In this document: piece by piece, positions 59,761-64,000 of the stretch
How positions within the stretch are numbered: the stretch's first letter is position 1
Layout of the letters: each line of letters begins with the position of its first letter
NCBI RefSeq assembly: GCF_009914755.1
Contig: NC_060933.1
Reading direction: 5' to 3' (one strand)
DNA: 64,000 nucleotides
Origin: the human T2T-CHM13v2.0 reference genome, Homo sapiens
The notes under the pieces: model-generated
Told to the model about the DNA's origin: nothing
The model's input: only the letters and a program-made list of their open reading frames with translations
Database searches by the model: none
Made by a program: the position numbers and the translations under genes

Positions 59761-60560
59761 TATCACAGCGGGCCTTGCCTTTCTCTGTCACAGGCAGATC
59801 CTAGGAGCTGCTTTTAAGTCTTGTCTATTCTAATTGGAAGTCAGAATTTAAACTAGACTGGACTAAGTTTTAAAATATAAATGACTAAATATTTACTGGA
59901 TCTCTCTAAGCTATCTAGTTTCTGGCTACCCACACAGATGGTGACTCAATGAACAAAATGAAAGCATTCACTGGAAATATTAAAACTGGTCCATATTTGT
60001 ACAACATGAAGTTGGCCCTCCTAGTCAAACCCACTACATATGGTGAGGGAAAAGTTCCCAGGTACTTCCTATATGGCTAGAGTGACTTTTTAAAAACTAC
60101 ATTTCTTTCAGAAATCACCACTTCTTTTTAAAGACCTTATCGGAGGTTCAACTGCGAGTATCCTAGATGCAAGACCATAATTGATTGATTGTTCTAGGAG
60201 GTTTCATGCACACAATCTGTTCAACAAATATTTATTGAGTGGGTGAATTTGTCAGTTGCTTGTAAAGAAGAGAAAAAGTCTATTTTTTAAAAGTCAATTG
60301 TCTTGGTAAGTTCTCATTAACCATTGTTGCTAATTGTACAGAAGTTCAAATGCAGAAATGCTGGTAATTTGTTTTCATACTTCACCATGAAAGAATTTCT
60401 CAAACTCTCTATTGTTGTTTTTTAAAAAAGTCAAGGAATACAAGATACAGATTTTAGAACCAGAAAAATCTGGGCTCAAATTCCAGTTCTGTTATGGAGT
60501 AGCTGTGACCTTGATCAAACAATCTAGCTACTCACAGTCTTGGTAGTCTCAGCTATAGAC

Positions 60561-60634
60561 AAAAAGAAGGAGGGAGGAAGAAAAAGAGGGAGGGAGAGAG
60601 AGAGAGGTAGTGAGGGAGAGAGAGGAAGAAGAAA
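60561..60634 (+). repeat. Polypurine tract within a MIR-like relic (~60450-60770)
   Basis: A/G run flanked by TGGGCTCAAATTCCAGTTCTG…GCTGTGACCTTG and GGTTGTTGTTGGGG…CTTAGCACAAAATGGATAGTAA. Confidence 0.7.
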
Positions 60635-61664
60635 TAAAACATCCTCCTTTGAGGGTTGTTGTTGGGGAAGAAGGATTAGAGACAACTTGAGGAAATATCT
60701 AATATGGTTCTTAGCACAAAATGGATAGTAAAAAAAGCTGATAATTATGATTATGATCATCAGTGCTATTGGTTGATTTCTCATCCTTGAAATAACCACA
60801 TTTTTTTCTGAAAAGATACAATTGCTTTTTGTCTCTGGTCATTCCTCATATTACCTTCTTTATTGCACTCATTGCAGTTAGGGTCTGAATGACACTGGAG
60901 ATTTGTAAACTGATCTCTGCCTCCAGGGGGTGGCAGTCTTCCCAGCTCTTCATCATGTCATTCACTTGCTTCTGAGGAATGGCTCAATGGCTCCTCATTG
61001 TCCTCAGCAAGAACCTTACTTTCCCAGAGATGGTTTTGGGAGGGGAGGGGTGGGGAGTGGGTGATGAGCATGTGAGTCATAATCTTGCAAGGTATTTTGA
61101 AGATACACCACACGGAGACATTCATAAATAGAATCAATGAAAATTATTAACTACATTAGTCAGTATCCTGCTCATCAGGTGAGCTGTGGGCCACTGTAAC
61201 TGGAAACACCAAAAAATCATCATAGAAATGTCGAAAATTGTTGAGGATCCTGAAACAAGGAAGTAACCAACTCCAGAGCCAATGTGTAGGGCAGGAACAC
61301 GAGGGATACTCTGAAGAGGAGGGAGGTTAGGACAAAGTAAGAAGCAGAATCCAGACAAGCCCACAGGAAAGATGGAACTCTCAGCCTCCTGGCCTCTCAC
61401 TAATTCCTTAATGTGAAGAAGCTGTCATTTTGATAATTCCTTGCACAGAATTTGTCTGTCTATATGTTTAGGCTCGAGTTAAACTCTAGTAAAATGTTGA
61501 TAGTTATCATTGCAAAATGTGGATCAGCTTGTACTGAGCAAAACCCTGCAACTCAGGACTTTATGAAGACTGAGAACTGCTTCAGGTGTTGTCAGAGGAG
61601 GGAACCCGGACAGTGTGGCCATTACCTGATGATTCATGTCAACGTTTCAGTACCCAGAAGACAC

Positions 61665-62067
61665 ATGATTTACTCTGGGTCCCTCCAGAAGCTGACACTA
61701 AGCTAAAGATACAAGTATGAGCACTTTATTTGGGAGGTGAGAGTAGTATACACTGGTAGGGGAGTAGGGATTGGCATAGGGAAAAGAAGCATAGAGTGGA
61801 GGATTAAGCAGCTTCCACTGGGTGAACTCTGGGAGCCATGTGGAACCCCTCCCAAGGGATAAAGGACCTGCGGGTATTTATACACCAACTCCAGAGGTCA
61901 TTGGCTGAGGGCTGCTCCCATGGGGCATTAATACCTTAGTGCTATTGATGTAAGGCCACCATACTTCCAATTCTTCTTCTAAACGAAATGAAAATTGAGT
62001 ACAGTTATAGGTGAAGAAAGGTGAAAAAGGGTGATGGGAAGGGAGTGATTGAAACAAAGATGCCACA
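61665..62067 (-). mobile_element. ERVL LTR (LTR16-like)
   Basis: TTTATTTGGGAGGTGA…GGGTATTTATACACCAACTCC…GTCATTGGCTGAGGGCTGCTCCCATGGGGCATTAA. Confidence 0.55.
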
Positions 62068-63175
62068 GCGCCCTAAAGCTACTCCTTCCTCACATCAAAG
62101 TCCTGGGCGCACTCCTTTCTTCCCTGCCACACACACTCTACTGCATTTTCAGTGCCTGGTGCACATTAGAAATGCAGAGCTCATCAGAGTGTAATTTTTT
62201 CAACACAATGAACCTGCTTATATAATGGAAAAAAATCTTCTAGAAGATTTTGACAGGAAACTCTTAAAAATTTATTTTTAACTGTGTGAGTCAAAATCTA
62301 AATTACAGAGCTTAAGAAAGTAAAGAATATATACCAACCAAGTATTTAAGTTTGTGTGTGCATGCTTATAAACACACCTCTCCTTTCTTATTATGTGAGA
62401 TTGAGCAGAGATCAAGCACCTGAAGTTCTAATTCTGTCCCAGAAAAGCATTCCCTTCCCAGGCTGTCACATCACATGCTCAGACACCCAAGTGACTCCAT
62501 CTCCCCAGATGCATGAAAGCCAGTTCTCTCAGCTCATCTTCTCCCTAGCTCCCACCCCTGGAAGCTGTTAGACATTTTGGAAGCTGTGCCTTTGGCTCCT
62601 GTCCAAGGAACAGTTATTTCCCACTTGTGGCCCTGAAGAGTTCATGGGAGCCTCCCAAAATATGTTGCTCTCTTCCTAGGAGTAGTTTTTGTCCTGGGAG
62701 ACCTGAGATACATAAAAATTTAAAATCAGTTTCCACTTCGAGAAGGGAAAATGAGTGATGTATTAATATTAGAGCCATTGTCTTGCTGCTTGCCAGAGCA
62801 AAAGAAAACCTCTCTGGCTACACTCAACTGTGTATCCTGGGGCTTAGGCTTCCAATTAATTTTAACATAAGGAAAAATTCTTAACTCATATCATAAGGGA
62901 TCCTTTATTTTCTGGTTCACACTACCTGTCTCTTGTGTGGAGAAATCCAATATAGCCATGAAGAGACAAGGACTCAAACAGGCCATTCTAACTGATGGAA
63001 AGCTTGGACTGTGCCCAATGCAGATGTGTCATCACCCTCTTGGGGAGGTGCTAAGTCCACATACTGGGGCTTGGGGGAAAATGGCAAGATTGCTCCCCAA
63101 AATGTCACTTAGTCTTAAAAGGAGTGACTTTAATTCCTGCCTTTGATGGTGGAGTTGTTGAATCCTCTGAAGCAT

Positions 63176-63184
63176 GCGCACACG

Positions 63185-63228
<44 letters not shown>
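63176..63228. repeat. Compound (CA)n(GA)n microsatellite
   Basis: Direct reading of the sequence. Confidence 0.92.
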
Positions 63229-63233
<5 letters not shown>

Positions 63234-64000
63234 TTTTCCTTTAAGCCTGGAATTCCTCAGGTTTGATTTCAAACTAGAAGAGAAATTTTTGTTGCAGAGA
63301 CAGCTTATAGAGAAATCCTCAGGCTGTTTGGGAATTTCAGCACTTTGAAAAATGAGAATGTGTGGAGGGATTGTTTTTCTTTGCCATGTCTCAGTCCTTT
63401 TTTTCCCTCCCTCATCCACAATTCCAAAAAGAATACCCTTTTATAAGGTCAAGATTTTCATGTGCTTAGTTTTCATGTCAGATTGTTAAGAAAAAATATA
63501 AATTTCTTCATTTTGTATATGCACCATAATTTTTAAAAATACAGAATCTCATACACTTTTGAAACACATTGCTAGAAAAAAAAGCATTATCATATGACTC
63601 AGGTCATAAAGGTTAAGGTTGGGAAAAAAGATTTTCCTTGTGAACATAAAGTTCTTTACTGACTGATGATCCCCACATAAGTGGTTTAAAAGTTTCCCAC
63701 TGTTGCTGAAATAGTAAGTCATGCAAAGATGAGCATAAAACTGGATATTTGTTTTTCATCCTGAAATATGTTCTCCTTGCCACTTTTGACCTTAAATGGA
63801 GTTTCTGCTGTCTCTGATTCACTCTGTTTCTTTTGTGCTCTCTGTAGTAATGTGCTGGGTAGCTCAGATGTGACTGTGATACTGTTTTCAAATATCTGTG
63901 GCCACAAGTAGTTATACTATTTAATGTTCACAGATTCCATATCCTTTTTTCCAGTACTCCTATGTCTTAAATACAAATTTCTTAAAATATGTTTTTATTA

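Overview
This is primate (human-like) euchromatic DNA with no intact protein-coding gene. Most of the window is transposon-derived: L1 relics of several ages, about 13 Alu copies or fragments, MaLR/ERVL solo LTRs (THE1, MST, MLT1, MLT2), L2/MIR and hAT DNA-transposon relics. The only gene-like feature is a full-length processed pseudogene of NFYC on the minus strand (~37105-39099). It carries nonsense and frameshift lesions but its 5' end is still conspicuously CpG-rich. Structural oddities: a four-layer nested L1 cluster, two 5'-inverted (twin-primed) L1s, a tail-less Alu segment apparently copied from a neighbouring Alu, and two long inverted repeats. I found no convincing novel biological system. 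The best lead is possible promoter activity at the retrocopy's 5' end. Repeat subfamily calls and the NFYC comparison come from my recall of consensus sequences and need confirmation with RepeatMasker/Dfam and BLAST.
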